Assembly: GCA_030265395.1 (NCBI GenBank)
Contig: JARFYF010000094.1
Coordinates: 56,548,866 to 56,612,865, forward strand
Reading direction: 5' to 3'
Length of the DNA stretch: 64,000 nt
Origin: Rhina ancylostomus
Lineage: Eukaryota
Positions 40,855 to 55,576 of this stretch are shown in pieces (the first letter of the stretch is position 1; each line of letters begins with the position of its first letter). The translations under genes were made by a program, and so were the position numbers. A model generated the notes under the pieces. That model saw only the letters and a list, made by a program, of their open reading frames with translations. It did no database searches and had not been told where the DNA came from.

Positions 40855-42700
40855 CCAAACAAGCAAACCAATTAGTCCCATTCTTCATCTTCTCTCCATT
40901 GCCTTGCACATTCCACTCTCCGATAGTTACGCAACTCTCTTTTGAGCAGTTCAATCGATCTTACCTCCCTCACCAAATCTGGCAGCACATTCTAGACGCT
41001 AAGCACCTACTCTGTGAAAAAAAATTCTCATGTCAATTTTGGTTCTTTTACCAAATAGTTCATTCTACGTACCCTGTTTTGATCCCTCTTTTAATGGGAT
41101 CAATTTCTTTCATTCTTCTCTCTATACCCTTTATTTAAATCTCTCTGTACTTTGCAGCCTACTCTCTTCCAAGGACAACACTAACTTGTCCACATAAATA
41201 ATCTCTCACCCTGGGGATCATTTCGCTTAGTCTCTTTTGCACTCTCTCCAAAGCCTTCACATCTTTCCTAATGTGTGGCATTCAGAAACGGACACATGCC
41301 AGTTTCTCACTTAGCGTTCAGGATGTAGTCTCAGGGATTTGACAGCTGACGAAATCTACACTAAGATGAGTTAATGTTATAACCTTTATGTAGAGAGATG
41401 TGTTACTTACAGTGTGGCGGTGCCAGGAACCTGGAGCATACCCTTGCCCTACGCTAGCACTCTCACAACAATGAATTGTCACTACTCAGTATAGAGAGAG
41501 TGCAATGAGAGCTGCTGCTGGCTTGCCATGGCAAGAGGCCAGATATGTGGCTCAGAGCTGCACCTTGGCAGGCAGTGTGTGCACGAATTATTGCTGGGCA
41601 TTAGTAACGGATGTTCCATGTGCTTACAGACAGCCGAGATCCTACAGTTTGCCTCAGCACATTCTGTTGCTTGTGATAGAAGCTGCTGACTCCCTTTGTT
41701 TGGCTGCACAGCCCTCCCCAGTACAGCAACACCTCTAATATAACAATCTTAATGACCATTGTTGAGCATAATATGGAGCAATCTCCAGGCTGAGAAGACT
41801 GAAGTGGTTACGCATGGCAGACTGTGAATAAGGGCAAAAATACCTATCATGTCCTGGGCATTATAAAGAGATGTATCCATGTTGCTACGGATGCTTTTAT
41901 TTGATGAGTCTTCAATCTTGATGACAAGTCTACCATAAGGAAACATATCAAATGATTTAAGTTCGCATGTCATGTTTCTCTCATTCTAATACTTCCAAAA
42001 AAGAAACTGTAAAACTAGCTAAATGTTACTTGCCTTTAACAAATCCATGCTGGTTTTCTCTAATCATTTCAAGCTTATGCATCTGAGTGCTTTTTCTCTC
42101 CATTATTTCTGGTATTTTTCCTCATTATTGAGATGAAACTTACAGGTCTGTAGTTACTCGATCTGTCCCTAAATCCTTTTGTTCTTGAACAAGCATGTAA
42201 CGTCTGCAATTTTCCAGTCCTCATGTACCACACCACAACATAGAGGTGTTTAGAAAAGATTATGGTCACCACCTCTTCAATTTCGTTCCTTACTTCCATG
42301 GCATGCTAGGATGCATCCCATCTGCATCAGGTGAATTATCCACTTTGTCCCGTTAGCTTTTTCGGTCTTTACCAACTTTTAACCCATAGAGAATCCTAAT
42401 TGGCTCTTCATTTGCTGAGACTCCATGGCAACTTCATCCTTGATTGATGCAAACTACTCAGTTAGAACCACAGTAATAACTTACGTCTTCATGAGTAAAT
42501 TTCCTTTTTGGTTTCTGATTGGTCCATCTTCTACTCTGATAATCCTTCTCCTGTTCACTTTCCCCATAGGATATTTTTTGGATTCCCTTTTATAATTGTT
42601 GCCATTATCTCGTGCTCTCATTTCCTTTCTCACTTCCCCTTTGAAGCCTGGTTTTCACGTGTTAACAACTTGACCCATGACCTTATTTCATTCTCCAATG
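40855..42700 (-). mobile_element. Decayed CR1-type LINE fragments with an unclassified interruption at about 41300-41745
   Basis: ctctgtgaaaaaaaattctc and ctctccaaagccttcacatctttccta (RKDVKALE). The ORF track gives NYRPVSFISI; ggatgcatcccatctg corresponds to DGMHP. Confidence 0.7.
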
Positions 42701-43869
42701 TGTCAAAGAGAAGACTTTTCACAACTGTTTCTAAGTTAGTGAACATAAAGTGAATTTTATTGTGCATTTATCTTGTGCTCAATGATAACTTTCATGGATT
42801 ACTCCAGTAAATGATTTTAAACCCAAGCTTTACTTTGCTAATGCTAGAAATGCTTTATGTTATAAAGTATTTGAAGTGAAATTGCTTGGTCTCCTGCTGC
42901 TGACATCTTTTGCAGTAAAGAACATTTTTAAAAAGCGGCATTGGAAGGCTAAATAAAACACAAGGTGAAGTTTCCAATATATTAAATAAAAGTGGTGGTT
43001 GTTCTACTCTTCCCAGCAGGAAAAAGATATAACAATAGATCATTTCTTTGAGGGCAGTTTCAAAGACAGGTCGTAGACAGACTCCATCAATTCCACCTTC
43101 TGCTCAAAATCCCACCTCAGGACATTTGACGTTTACGTACACCGAGGAACAGAGCACAGCCAAAAGCTGAAATATTTACTGCGGCCATTTGCAGCAGCTA
43201 TTTGCAATTTAAATCATTCATGTCCAACTGAAGTCAAAATTGATGTCTGCAAAATATTTTTCAAATTTTTAATGTCCATGCTGAATTTATAAACAAACTG
43301 TCAATAATGGGAAGTCTGAAAATTCAGGTAACTAAATCAGCAATGCAGACATACTCAAACTATGGGGTGATATTGCACTAGAATTGAATGTTGCAGTATT
43401 CAGCGACATATTGATCAGTTGCAGATTTAAGTTTCAACTTAAATGAGCAATCCTAGACCAGCTTCAGTACCACTGTGAATAGGACAGTATAGTCCAGCCT
43501 CAACAGAATTTCATACTTTAAAATTACCATTAAGCGTTGTGCCTGCCGAGATAACAGCAAAAATATTGTGCAGTATGAATATTAGATATAATCTAAGATA
43601 GAATTTACAAGTTCAGATAGGATAGGGTAATGAACATGGACCTTCAACCTACAATTAGTTCTGGAGAAAATATGGGTGCACTGGGGGCTGGAAAATTTCT
43701 TCAGAAATCAGCTAGTCTCAGGAACCACCCCACCCCACCAATGCAAAACAACCAGGGCTTATCTTCTCAGAGTTATTAACTCACCCAAAGATCAACTCGA
43801 TCTCTCCCCCAGTCTCTGAGCATGTTCATGAGTACAAAAGAACCACCACCACCCATCCAACCCTTTCAT

Positions 43870-46030
43870 GCTAGTAATCCTCTCCCCATTCAAGAGGAGC
43901 TCAGATCAGTTGGAAACCAAAGACTTGAACTTACATAAACCCAATTATGTAGATATGAGGGGCAATTTGGCCAAGTTTGGAAATTAGGCAGTTTGCTAGT
44001 CAATAAACAATACCATTTAAGCTATTTCAAAATTCCCAATGAATGTACATTCCACTGAGAAATAAAAATTCTGAGGAAGGTGATTAGTGGTTAACTGAAA
44101 TTAACGACAGCACTATATTAGAAGAACTAATAATATTGCCACAAAGAGCATAAGCCAGAGGATTCAGACTTAAGCAGGCAGCATCAAGTAAAAAAAAACA
44201 AGTGGAAGACAGGGATGAGAGTAAATTGGCAAGATATAAAAAAGTTTGAAAAAGTTCCTACAACTACACAAGAAGTAAGCTGCAAAAAAAATTCTGGGTC
44301 CAATAAAGACAATAACAAGAGAATAAAGTGGTCAAACTTTATATTTGCTCGTCTTTGCTGCAAAATGTACAATTAATGGAGAACAAAGAGGGGAAAGAGC
44401 AAGAAAAATACATTGATGATCTTCTAAAATTCCTTTCATTCTGGAACAGTCCAAGTAAACTAGCAATATCTTTTGGCATCTTTTGTCAGGTAGCCATCAT
44501 TAGGAGTGTAATTATGAAGCACAAAGAAAATCACAGTATAATTAGGCGACCAAAATGGTTTTGTGAACAAAAAATTGTTTGACAAATCCAATAAAGAGTA
44601 TAAACTAGCAGGTAAATACAGGGAAAGCCAGTGGATGTAATATATCTGGGTTATCAAAAGGCACCTGGGAAGGTATTATATAAAAAAAAGTACATAAAAT
44701 CTTAGTGGGTTGGGATCAACATAAGCATGGATAGAAAATTTGCTGAGAGCAATAAATGGAAATCATTTTTTAAAAATAGTTTGCATGAGAGCCACAAGGA
44801 TGACTCCTCAATGATTCACAGTTCATAACGGATGAAAAAAACACATCAAGTTAGGCCAGAAAGTGAGCAACAAGGACAAACCAAGACAGCAACAGGTTTT
44901 GCAAGGATTTCTCAGATGGAGTATAATGTTACAAAATATGAGCTTATGCACATTGGAAGAGGTTTTTTTAAAAGAAGTGATTGATCCTATGCAGAGGAAC
45001 TTAAGATATGCTGGTTCATAAAATGAAGGTACAGCATGCAATTAGGAAGTAAGATAGTATGGTTTTAATTGCTGGACTTGAATGAAGAGAAATTTCTTTA
45101 CATAGAGAATTGTCATCTTAAACTTTGGCTTCTGGGCTGTGGCCACGTGCTACAAAATTGCCAAATTGACAAAGCAGACTGACCTCTCAGCTGGAGTTCC
45201 ATTTTTAAAAAAAAAATGCACACAACAGAATTGGAACACTACACTGTTTGGAGAAACTAAGTTTCCCAATAATAACTCCATCCTATTCCACATATCCCCA
45301 AACTCTAACCAGTGAGCACAGTGACAGACATGAGATGGTCATTTAAAAAGACATAACTTGCATGTGTCAGCTCTTTGGCAATAATCAAATAGTTTTTCAC
45401 AACCATCTGTCCATTGCCCAACACATTACTTTTCAAGCACATATCCAAAGCCCTTTTTAAAGTTACAAACACATTCTTCTGGTTTGTTTGCCAAATATCT
45501 CAAATCCTTCCTGAAGTCCCCAGATTTGGAGAATCCTCTGGTTGAGGTTTTACACAGTGAGTTTTAAAGATCTAATTTAACTTCATATGATTATGGAATA
45601 GCAGGAAGACCCTTTTCTGCTCTTTGTACCTGCTCTATCATTCAATAAGATCTTGGCTGATTATCTCCTTCAGCTCCACTTTCCTGCTCTTAACCCCATT
45701 ATCTCATATCACATTTTGCAGATGCTCTCTGAGTGAATTATTTATTGAACTCTAACTTGATTAATCAGCCCTCCTGGGTAGAGGACTTCAAGGATTACTA
45801 CCCACTGGGTAATGTCTTTTTCTCTGTCCTGAATGGCCAAACCCTTATTTTGAGACCAAGGACGTCAGTCCTGGACAACCCAGCCAGAGGAAGCATCAAC
45901 TCCACATCTACCGTGTCAAGCCCACAAGAATTTTGTAGGAGTCAATAAGATTACCTTTCATTCTTCAAAACCCAACAATAGACCTAGTCTGCTTTACATC
46001 TCCTCATACAACAAATCTTTGTTTCAATCC
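43870..46030. mobile_element. Decayed CR1-type LINE (+, about 43870-45110) and CR1 3' end (-, about 45590-46030)
   Basis: gtggatgtaatatatctgggttatcaaaaggca (VDVIYL..QKA), agcacaaagaaaatcacagtataattagg, and a reverse 3'UTR tcattcaataagatcttggctga. Confidence 0.6.
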
Positions 46031-46149
46031 ATCATAGGCTTTGTTACTCTGCTGCATAACAATTCTTGAACACTCAGTGCAACTGGTATCGAACCACAAT
46101 TTGTGAAATAGCTTACTTATCCATAAGACAGTAATGGTTAAAAAATGAT

Positions 46150-48880
46150 AGCATCTAGTTTAATGAAGAATGCCTATATACAACTTGAACTTGCTACAAG
46201 GAGGCAAATTCCTGTATAAAGACTGCACCAAGGACTTCCAAAGTAATAAGACTAGCAGTAGGGCCTCAACTGGAGTGGTTTGGCAAATTATGGACACCAA
46301 ATGCCATGCTTTTGAACAGATTTTGGGCAATTGGTGGTGGTTAGGGGCCAGGGGAAGGAAGCAGAGTGCTACATTGATGTTGAGCTCATTGACAACACAA
46401 TGGGTCAAATCATCATCTTCTATCCTGAGTGATTGTATGGAGTGGCTACTGAGCCCAAACAACACCATACTCACTTTTCTCAGGGATGGCCAAAGCTCTC
46501 CTCAATATATTAACAAGTGTTGCGACTGTGATGCAAGCAAATAACTATCATTTGCACAAAGACTCCAGAAAAATCAAAGGAAATTAATAACTAAATGTAC
46601 AATACTGAAGATACTAGAAATTGGTGTACAAAGTTCACTTAGAGAGCATCTGCAGAAAGTGAACTAGAAATAAATTACTACATAAAAGTAGTTGATCGAT
46701 TTAAGATACTCCCAAGAATCTTCGCAGAAACTTAAAATTTGACATGCAAGTCCAAAGGTGATCAAAGTGGAAGTGTTGTTCAGCATCTTCGAAGAGGCAA
46801 AAAAAGGCTTAAGGGAAGGTAATTCCAGGCCTCTGTGCAGCCAGAAGGCATTGCCATCAATGATGAAAGTACTAAAATTGAGGTTGTGCCAAGACAGAAA
46901 TGGAAGAGATAGAAATTTCAGTAATTGCTGAATTAGAGGTTGGTGTTAAAGAGAAATTTAAAAACAAGAACAGTAATCTTAAACATGAAATGCCAGCAGA
47001 GGGGAATCAGAGTCAGGTTTATTATCACTGACTAGTATGTTGTGAAATATTGTTTTGTGGCAGCAGTACAGTGCAAAAACAGCAAAATTACTATAAATTA
47101 CAAAAATAAATAAATAGTACAAAAAAGGAATAACAAGGTAATTCATGAATGGTTCAGAAATCTGACAGCGGAGGGAAGAAGCTGTTCCAATTCACTGAGT
47201 GGGAGCCAATACAGGTCAAATGTGATGGTAGGAATGCTATGAACTGTAGAAGTGTTTATGGAGAGCGAAAATAAAACAGCAACCCATTAGAAGTACATTG
47301 GAACAGTAAAGAGCATTTGCAACAAGGGCATGGATATGAACTTGGATGGCAAATGTACTCAGGCAACGTGCAGGTGGGCAATGTGACAGGTGTAAACACA
47401 GTCTTAGTAATGGAGAAACTTAGCTCCGGGTAAAGTGAATGACATGGTTGCAAACTACCTGATGCAATCTCAGATGGTACAGAGGAAGCCAGTAGTAAAG
47501 GAACAGACATTGTGGGGGTACCAAATGGAATGGCTTTAGTCTTGCTGATGTTTAGCTGGGAGAAGAATATGCTTATTCAGGCCTGGATGTCGAACAGGTT
47601 TGACAAATTAAATAGTGAAGTTATTAAAACAAGTGCAAGTACAGCTGGGCATCATCAGTGTACAAGTAAAAAGAGACTATTTTCAGTTAATGTTGCGAAA
47701 AGATAGCATGTGGATGAGGAACAGGTGATAGCACCAAAGCTAACAGATGAGAAGATTAAGACCATTGGACGATTCTATGTANNNNNNNNNNTGTATGAGT
47801 ATATGGGCGAGTTTGCAAGCAGGCACAACTCTAGTACCACCTAACTTGTCGATGGAGATGCATTGAAGGATGATGGCAGGGTCAACATTGACAATGGCTG
47901 TGGAGAGTTTGAGAACTGAAAGGAAGGACAGTTGATCACAATCAATTAAGATATCAAATAAAGTCTGGGAAAGTGGGATCAGAGGAGGACGAGAGAGGAA
48001 AGAACAAAAGGTCTGTGTTAGAGATGAAAGCAAGAATGATTACACAGTAAAGGGTTGAAAATGCAAGAGAAAAGTAATAGTAATGGGATAAATGAAACAA
48101 AATATGGGTCCTTAGAGGAACATGAATGACCATTGTAGTACTGGAGCACCTGCAACGCAATAGTAAACAATGCTTATGACCTAATATTAATGAAATCTAC
48201 ACTGTATCCAGAAGACCATAAAGCTCCCAAGTTAAAAAAAATGTTCTGTGTTTTACTGAGCTTCGCTGGAAGTAACGCAAGAGGTAGAGAACATGGGGTT
48301 CATTCACAGAAATAATTAAAATGGCCAATGACATCAAGCTTTGAGCTAAACTGCAGACTAAATGGCATTTTTCAGCAAATCAATGATTCAGACCTTTATC
48401 TGTTCAATGTACAGGAGGTAATACTTTAAATCAAAATCACAAGGAAATCATCAATTCCCCTGAAAGGAAGTTTATGGACCTAAAATACCATGAAGACTGA
48501 GTGCTGTATTTTCTGCATTTGATTACTAAGTGCCAGGGGAAGCAAGTATTAAGAACAATGGAAAAGCAAAGCAGGGTACCAGAGGAGAAATTGTTTCTTT
48601 AGAATGAAGGGAAGAATATCCAGGAAGATGCATTTGGTGGCATAATGTTTTGGATGTGCAGAGGATGACTCACTGAACGTAGAGGCAGGTGGCAGGGAAG
48701 ATAAGGAAAAGGGCAACTCAAACAGTCAAAAAAAATTTCTGTATATTGGTCAAAGGGATGTGGGGATATTGCAATATCGCAAGAAAACTGTGCCGAGGTA
48801 GAATATCAGCCATGGTCTTGCTGAATGGAGGAGCAGGCTTGAAGAACCAGATAATTTACTTGCTCTCATTTATGTACCCC
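46150..48880. mobile_element. Mosaic of decayed LINE fragments (L2-like on the minus strand, Rex/Babar tail at about 47005-47200, CR1 3' end at about 48730-48870)
   Basis: aatcagagtcaggtttattatcactga (Rex tail, reverse), gtcaacattgacaatggctgtggagag (D.S.AF.TVD-like, reverse) and tcagccatggtcttgctgaatggaggagcaggcttgaag (CR1 3'UTR). Confidence 0.5.
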
Positions 48881-51800
48881 AGTACTCGAGCGAGAAGCAA
48901 GATGGGATGGTGAAAGTGCAAGAAACGTGACAGGTACAGTCCAAAGATTTGTCAAATAGAATGGAAATGAATCTTCAGTTCAGGAAAAGGGCATATCCAC
49001 AACACTAGTGCACAGTCAGCAGTATTAGTACAGATACGATAGAAATAATACATGAACAGAATGGAGTTCTTAACTCAAAAGTATAAAGGCAGCTATAAAT
49101 GTTCAACTTACATTACGTATTCATTATAGCCTATTCTTAGAAGTCAAAAATGGTAAGGGATACATCTAAGGTGGACCACAGGATGGCAAGATACAAAATT
49201 GACAGAAAAGTTTATTACATTTTCTAAGTCAAGTGGAAGGGCAGGAAACAGTACCAAACCATTATCAATAAACTGGAAAAGGCAGAGGGTAAAAAGTAAG
49301 ACAGGAATGAAAAATGTTTTATGTATCCCATGAAAACTATGACATATGATGCATACGTAAATAATACCTTTCATTTGATGCGAGTGAGTGGAGTCATAGG
49401 AAAAGTAGTTTAATACAAGTTCAATCATACAGAGAAATATGGTGTACAGAGACCAAATAGACATTCATTGAAAGGCGAAGCAATCAACTTTCCATGGCAT
49501 CCTGTTGAAAAGAGAGATTTGGGTAGGACTAGATATCTGTAAAGAGTTGGGCCAGACAACTTGAAATTGCTATGTGNNNNNNNNNNNNNNNNNNNNNNNN
49601 NNNNNNNNNNNNNNNNNNNNNNNNNNNNNNNNNNNNNNNNNNAAAGTTGAGATAGTAGTATGTATCATAAGGAATTAACAGCTTGGGGGTGGGGGGGGGG
49701 GGTGATGTCAAAGCTGAATGTGCAGGATTGGGAGTTTGGATGTTGTGAAAAGCAGTTCTCCAGATGAGTTAATGCACTTCACTGTTCCTATCACAGAGTT
49801 GGCATTCCATTCCTTCAAAATAGTCATCTGCTTGCCAAACAGCAATGGATCATTTTCTTCACAAACTTAGTGACAATGTTAAAATTCAAACTGAAAGGGT
49901 AGGATGCTGCACATTAGGATAAACTTATCAGGGAGTAGAGAAAATGAAATAAATCACAACCATTCTGATGAAAAAAAAATCACTGAAAAAGCAATAATAA
50001 ATTTCTCTCAACTAACGCTGATTATCTGCAGTGAATTTCCTTCATTTTTATTTCAGATTTCTAGCATCTAGTTATGTAGAAAGAAACTGAAATGGCAGAA
50101 ATGATCATAAATGCAGAAGTAACAGAAGTTAGCTGGCACTGTGGCAAGCTCCAAATACAGTAAGGTAGAGGTATAAGATGACAAACAGAGGCCTATGCTG
50201 AGGACTGTCTTTCAAGAGAACATCAAATGAGCTTAGTTAAAAAAACAATGAGATTGAAAGCAGTTATGGGTCAGATACATTTAGGGACAGGTTTTAGAGC
50301 ACACATACTGCATGTGGTGACATAACCTTAAATATGCATTTCCAGAAACAGTCGGAGGGTGAGTTGAAGAGCTATTATGGTGATACTGAATGAGATGTTA
50401 GGAAGGAATGGGAGAACTCGTTCCTAAATCTTTGAATGTCAGATCTTCACATTCCCTGATCAGAGAAATATGGATTTTCTACTTCACCCCTCCAGTTTAC
50501 TTCACTGAAAACAAACTATCCTGTATCTACAATATACAGCCCATGGGGAAAAAATATTTTAGGCGTGCAGAACTCCATGGAGGATTTCCTTCTTTAGGAA
50601 AATTAATGGTACTCTCATTGTGCATAGCATAAGTCACATATCCGAAGGACAATCAAAGAGTTTTCTTTCTGCAAAATTCGGCTTCCTTTTTCTGCACTGT
50701 GATTAACCAGGGTGTGACAGTTATTTGTTTCATTATCTCAAATATAACAAAATCAAACTGAAAAACAAGTGAACTCACAAAGAACTTAGAACATAATAGA
50801 TTAAAAGAACTAAAACACTATACTCTTATTCTCAGAATGTCAACCTGGCACAGATAAACACTTAAAAGTATGCAACCTGGAACAGAATTAAGTATCAATG
50901 AGAGTTATCACATTTGGGACCTACAAAGCTCTGTAGAACATGAGTGTTTGCTCAGTAAAGCAATGGGTCACTGGAACTTGCAGGAATGTGTTGACAGAGT
51001 AGAGCAGATGCATTATTCTGAAAGGAATACCACAGACTTTACTAAATTTCACAATGAGCTGATTGCTCAATTACCTTTTGGAAATACTTAAGGAAATGTT
51101 AAGCTACAAGATGATGGAAATTTTATAAATAATCTCTTGTTGTACAGCTTATGTTATAAAGTTTGACATTACAATTGTCCAAAATAGAAAAGGAACACAT
51201 AACTGAGGGAACCGATCACATAATAATTTAAACTTTGAGCTTTAACCATAATTCTTTACCTAGTCCATAAAAACAAATTTGGATTCGAGCTTCTCTCCCC
51301 TCCCCCCCCCCCCCAAAGTAAACGAACAATGGTTGGCTGTTCCACTTAGGGCCATTATGTGATAGAAGCCACAAAACACCATTTGCTCCCTTGGGCTGTC
51401 AGAGGCAATGTCATGCATAATGAATTTTCATTTTCCCTGCCTCCCCCGAATAACTAAATTTTTTATTTTATTCATTGAAGTCACTGGCAACACCAGCATT
51501 TATTGCCCACTCTCATTGCTCTTGAGGTGGTGGTGAGCTGCAGTCCTGCTGATTGAAGGTTTTAAGTGTCCTCCCCTTCCCAAAAACAGTATTGTGTCAT
51601 TTCCTCAAACTTAAGCCTCATAAGATTGTATTCCATGTGCTTATTTTATGACGGCTCTTTAAGATGCTTTGTTTTTTGCAGCATGGATTCTTTCACCCAC
51701 ATGCAAAGCAAAATACAAGTAACAAATTACAATAGTTTTTGGTTACACATTTCTGCTATGACTTGACAAATTCAGATGTTTTTGTTCTAATTCTCCATCA

Positions 51801-52349
51801 GTCCACTTTTTCTTTCATCATATGCATCTTAATAGTCAAGTGTTTTCTTTAAAACCTTCCACATTACACATTTTCCTTTAAAAATAACATGGAAATTGCA
51901 GAAAGTGAATTAGTGTAACATAGCTTCTGAGTTGCAGGCTTTAGCTAGAAAATAATGCATACAAGAGACTCAATACTTACAAGGCATAGAAGACACGGTT
52001 AGTTCACGAATGTGAACAACACAATTAAGAACTTAGAATATCAATAGACAGCTGAAATTAGCTGAAAGGTCATGAAACTCAGTAAATGAAATGATGGCAA
52101 GGTGGTCAGAGTGTTTTAATGTGTTAAGATCTTCCTTCCATGATCTCAAGTGGGTCAGCTATTTAACAGAAACAAAACAGGCATTACAAGTGAGGAGAGG
52201 GAAAAAAAACAGAAAATGAAGAACTGCAAGCACCACCATCACTCAGTAATGTGACTCTGCAGTCATATTCATAATCACCATTCGCTGAAAGAGCCATACA
52301 TATGCCCTGCACATCACTTCAGCAAACCTACAAATCATATATGTAACTG

Positions 52350-53420
52350 CATATATGGCCAAATATTTGAGAAGGTTAGAACCCATGGGATCTAAGGCAA
52401 ATTGGCTATGTAATAGGAGACAATGGGAAATGGTGGAGGATTGCACTTGTGATTGGAAACCTCTAACCACAGGAATTGGGACCATTGGTAATAAATATTA
52501 ATGAATTGTTAATGTTGGAGGTATTATTAGTACTTTTTTTTCCAGATGACACAAAATGGTTGTGTATAGTGAGGAGGGTAGTCTCAAACTGAAGATAATG
52601 ATCAGCTATTAAACTGGGCAGAGCAATGGCAGATGGAATTTAATCCAGACAAGTGTGAAATGATGCATTTTATTGTCAAATAAGGGTGGAATATACATGC
52701 ATTACAGAGCCCTACAGAGTATTGAGGAACAGAAGGACCTCAGTGTACATGCAAATCTACCTGAAGGTGGAACCACATGCAGATGAAGTGGTATACAGGA
52801 TACTTGCCTTTATTAGCTGGAGCACAAAACGTAGGGGAATTATGGTACAACATTATAAACATTGGTGAGGCCACATCTTGAAAACTGTGTACAATTACAG
52901 TCATATTATAGAGGACATGATTCTATGTAGGATGTGCAGAGCATATTCACCAGGATGCTAACTGCGAGTGTCTCAGTTATGAAGAGAAACTGGATAGGCT
53001 GGGTTGTGTTCCTTGCAGCAATGAAGGATGAGAGGGGAAGCTGATAGCGATGTACAAAATAGAGTACAGATAGAGTAGACAGCAGTAAACTTTCCCACAG
53101 CAGAAGTGTATTACCAAAGGGTACAAATTTAAGAGGTTAGAAGGGATATTAAAATAAAGAATCTTTTCACCCAAGAGATGATTGGAGTTTGGAATGCACC
53201 AGAAGGGTGGTGGAAGGGGGTGGTCTCACAACATTTTAGTAGTATCCGGATAAGCTCTTGAATCGCCAAGGCTCTGGACAAGTGCTGGTAAATGGGGATT
53301 GGTATAGATGGTGTTGTGTATAGTGAGGAGGGTAGTCTCAAGCTGAAGATAATGATCATATTAGATGATTGGCATGAAAATTGTGGCCCAAGGACCCTGT
53401 GCTACATGACTATGAATTGC
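52350..53420 (+). mobile_element. CR1-type LINE 3' third with an internal 46-bp duplication
   Basis: tgggcagagcaatggcagatggaatttaatccagacaagtgtgaa (WAEQWQMEFNPDKCE), ttggtgaggccacatcttgaa (LVRPHLE) and gatgacacaaaa (DDTK). Confidence 0.85.
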
Positions 53421-54807
53421 TACCAAAATAAACACCTCAGTTATATTTGCTCTGTCCTAATATTGAACAAATCCTTATACATGTACACATTAAGGAACCA
53501 ATCAGAGCAAATATCATGGTTAATTCTCATGTCTCATGGCTGCCTGCTGTGTAACGTGGCAGTTTCTGTTACAGAACCATCTTTGGTTATACAGCTTATT
53601 TCAAAACCAATTACTGACGAAATATCAGTGCATTCACTGGAAGTAGTTTGGAGGATCTTTTTGGAGGATTTTGTTTTACTTATATCACTGCTTCTATTTT
53701 AACTATACTCTGACTTGGTCTTTATATCCCAACAGTTTCTACCTAGTGTCATAGGGTTAGCAGTCTATAGTGGAAGACAGTGTAATTACCATATTCTAAA
53801 ATATAATCAACTGTAATAGTCTAATACAGAAATTAGAGGTCATGAAGAGCCACAAGACAGATGTCATATAAGATCTAACAGCTGCAGTTCAAGTTTCACT
53901 CATCTGGATTTTTCTTCTTGAGGTAGAATTCATTGTGTTAACCAAAAAGTTTAAAACTGCCCATAAATCCCAGTTTAGTAATTCAGATGACAAAGCAAGC
54001 AGCAGATATCTGCAGTAATTGTCTGTAAGTATTATCCAGTTCTTTCTCACTGCCTGCTTAACCTGAAAAGGTGGATGTTGTGTAGATTTTTGCAGACAAA
54101 AATGTTCTTTGGGAGATGTTGAGAGTTGTCCTGTATTTTTTTTACATGCAGCTGTTACTTACTGCAAAATGATAGATCTGACACAATCCATTTCAAAAAG
54201 TGCAGCTAGAAATTTCACATGACCATGCACAACTTCTTTCAATATCCTAGTGTATTGTTGAGTGCTTAGTTCCATTCCATTGAATTTTGGCTCACAATAT
54301 ATTAAATTCAACGTGTGATCCCAGGATTGCAACTATGAGGGTACATGAACACCACCACCACCTTGAAGTTAGAGTTTTCATCATATACCCAGAGGTCTCT
54401 TCACTTTGACTTTTGCCATGTTTACAAGTTTCAAATTTTCAGATTTTTTGCACCATTGATCACTGCAAGTTAGGGATGATGCAAGATGAGACAGCCACAT
54501 ACTCTCAAAGAATTTGGACCATAAAAACTGAGAGCTTATTACATCGATTGAAGCGCTGATGAGAATATCACCAAATACCTCAGCCATGCTCAAGAAGATG
54601 TGAAAAGATAGGTAATGACAATGGAGGCCCATCAAAAGCAGAAGAAAAAAGTGTGCAAGAAGTGTGCAAGCGAGTAGCAGTTAACCTCAGGCTAAGACAA
54701 TAAAACAAATTGGGACAGACAATGGACGGACTTCCTCTCTCTACTGATAAAGTTAAGGCAGCCTGAATCTTGGAATTAAGCATTCTGTGTTCTGAACGCA
54801 AGACATA

Positions 54808-55576
54808 CAGTGGCATGCAAAAGTTTGGGTACCTCTGGTCAAAATTTCTGTTCCTGTGAATAGTTAAGTGAGTAGAAGATGAACTGATCTCCAAAAGTCA
54901 TAAAGTTAAAGATGAAGCATTCTTTTCAACATTTTAAGCAAGATTAGTATATTATTTTTGTTTTGTACCATTTTAGAGTCAGGGAAAAAAGGAAAGGATC
55001 ACCATGCAAAAGTTTGGGCACCCCAAGAGATCTGAGCTCTCAGATAACTTTCAAGGTCTCAGACCTTCATTAGCTTGTTAGGGCTATGGCTTGGTCACAG
55101 TCATCATTAGGAAAGACCAGGTGATGCATATTTCAAAGCTATATAAATGCCCTGACTCCTCAAACCTTGTCCCAACAATCAGCAGCCATGGGCTCCTCTA
55201 AGCAGCTGCCTACACTCTGAAGATTAAAATAAATGCCCACAAAGCAGAAGGCTACAAGAAGACAGCAAAGCGTTTTCAGATAGCAGTTTCCTCAGTTTGT
55301 TATGTAATTAAGAAATGGCAGTTAACGGGAATGGTAGAGGTCAAGTTGAGGTCTGGAAGACCAAGAAAACTTTCCAAGAGAACTTCTTGTAGGATAGCTA
55401 GAAAGGCAAATCAAAACCCCTGTATGACTGCAAAAGATCTTCAGGAAGATTTAGCAGACTTTGGAGTGGTGGTGCACTGATCTACTGTGCAGCGACACCT
55501 GCACAAATATGACCTTCATGGAAGAGTCATCAGAAGAAAACCTTTTCTGCGTCCTCACCACAAAATTCAGCACCGG
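54808..55576 (+). mobile_element. Tc1-like (IR/DR group) DNA transposon: left IR and frameshifted transposase N-terminus, running into an N gap
   Basis: TA|CAGTGGCATGCAAAAGTTTGGGTACC at 54806 and an inner direct repeat CATGCAAAAGTTTGGGCACC at 55003. TATATAAA at about 55140 and ATG at 55188. Encodes GYKKTAKRF..KKWQ..RSGRPRKLS..VQRHLHKYDLHGRVIRRKPFL (paired-like HTH and GRPR motif). Confidence 0.92.
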
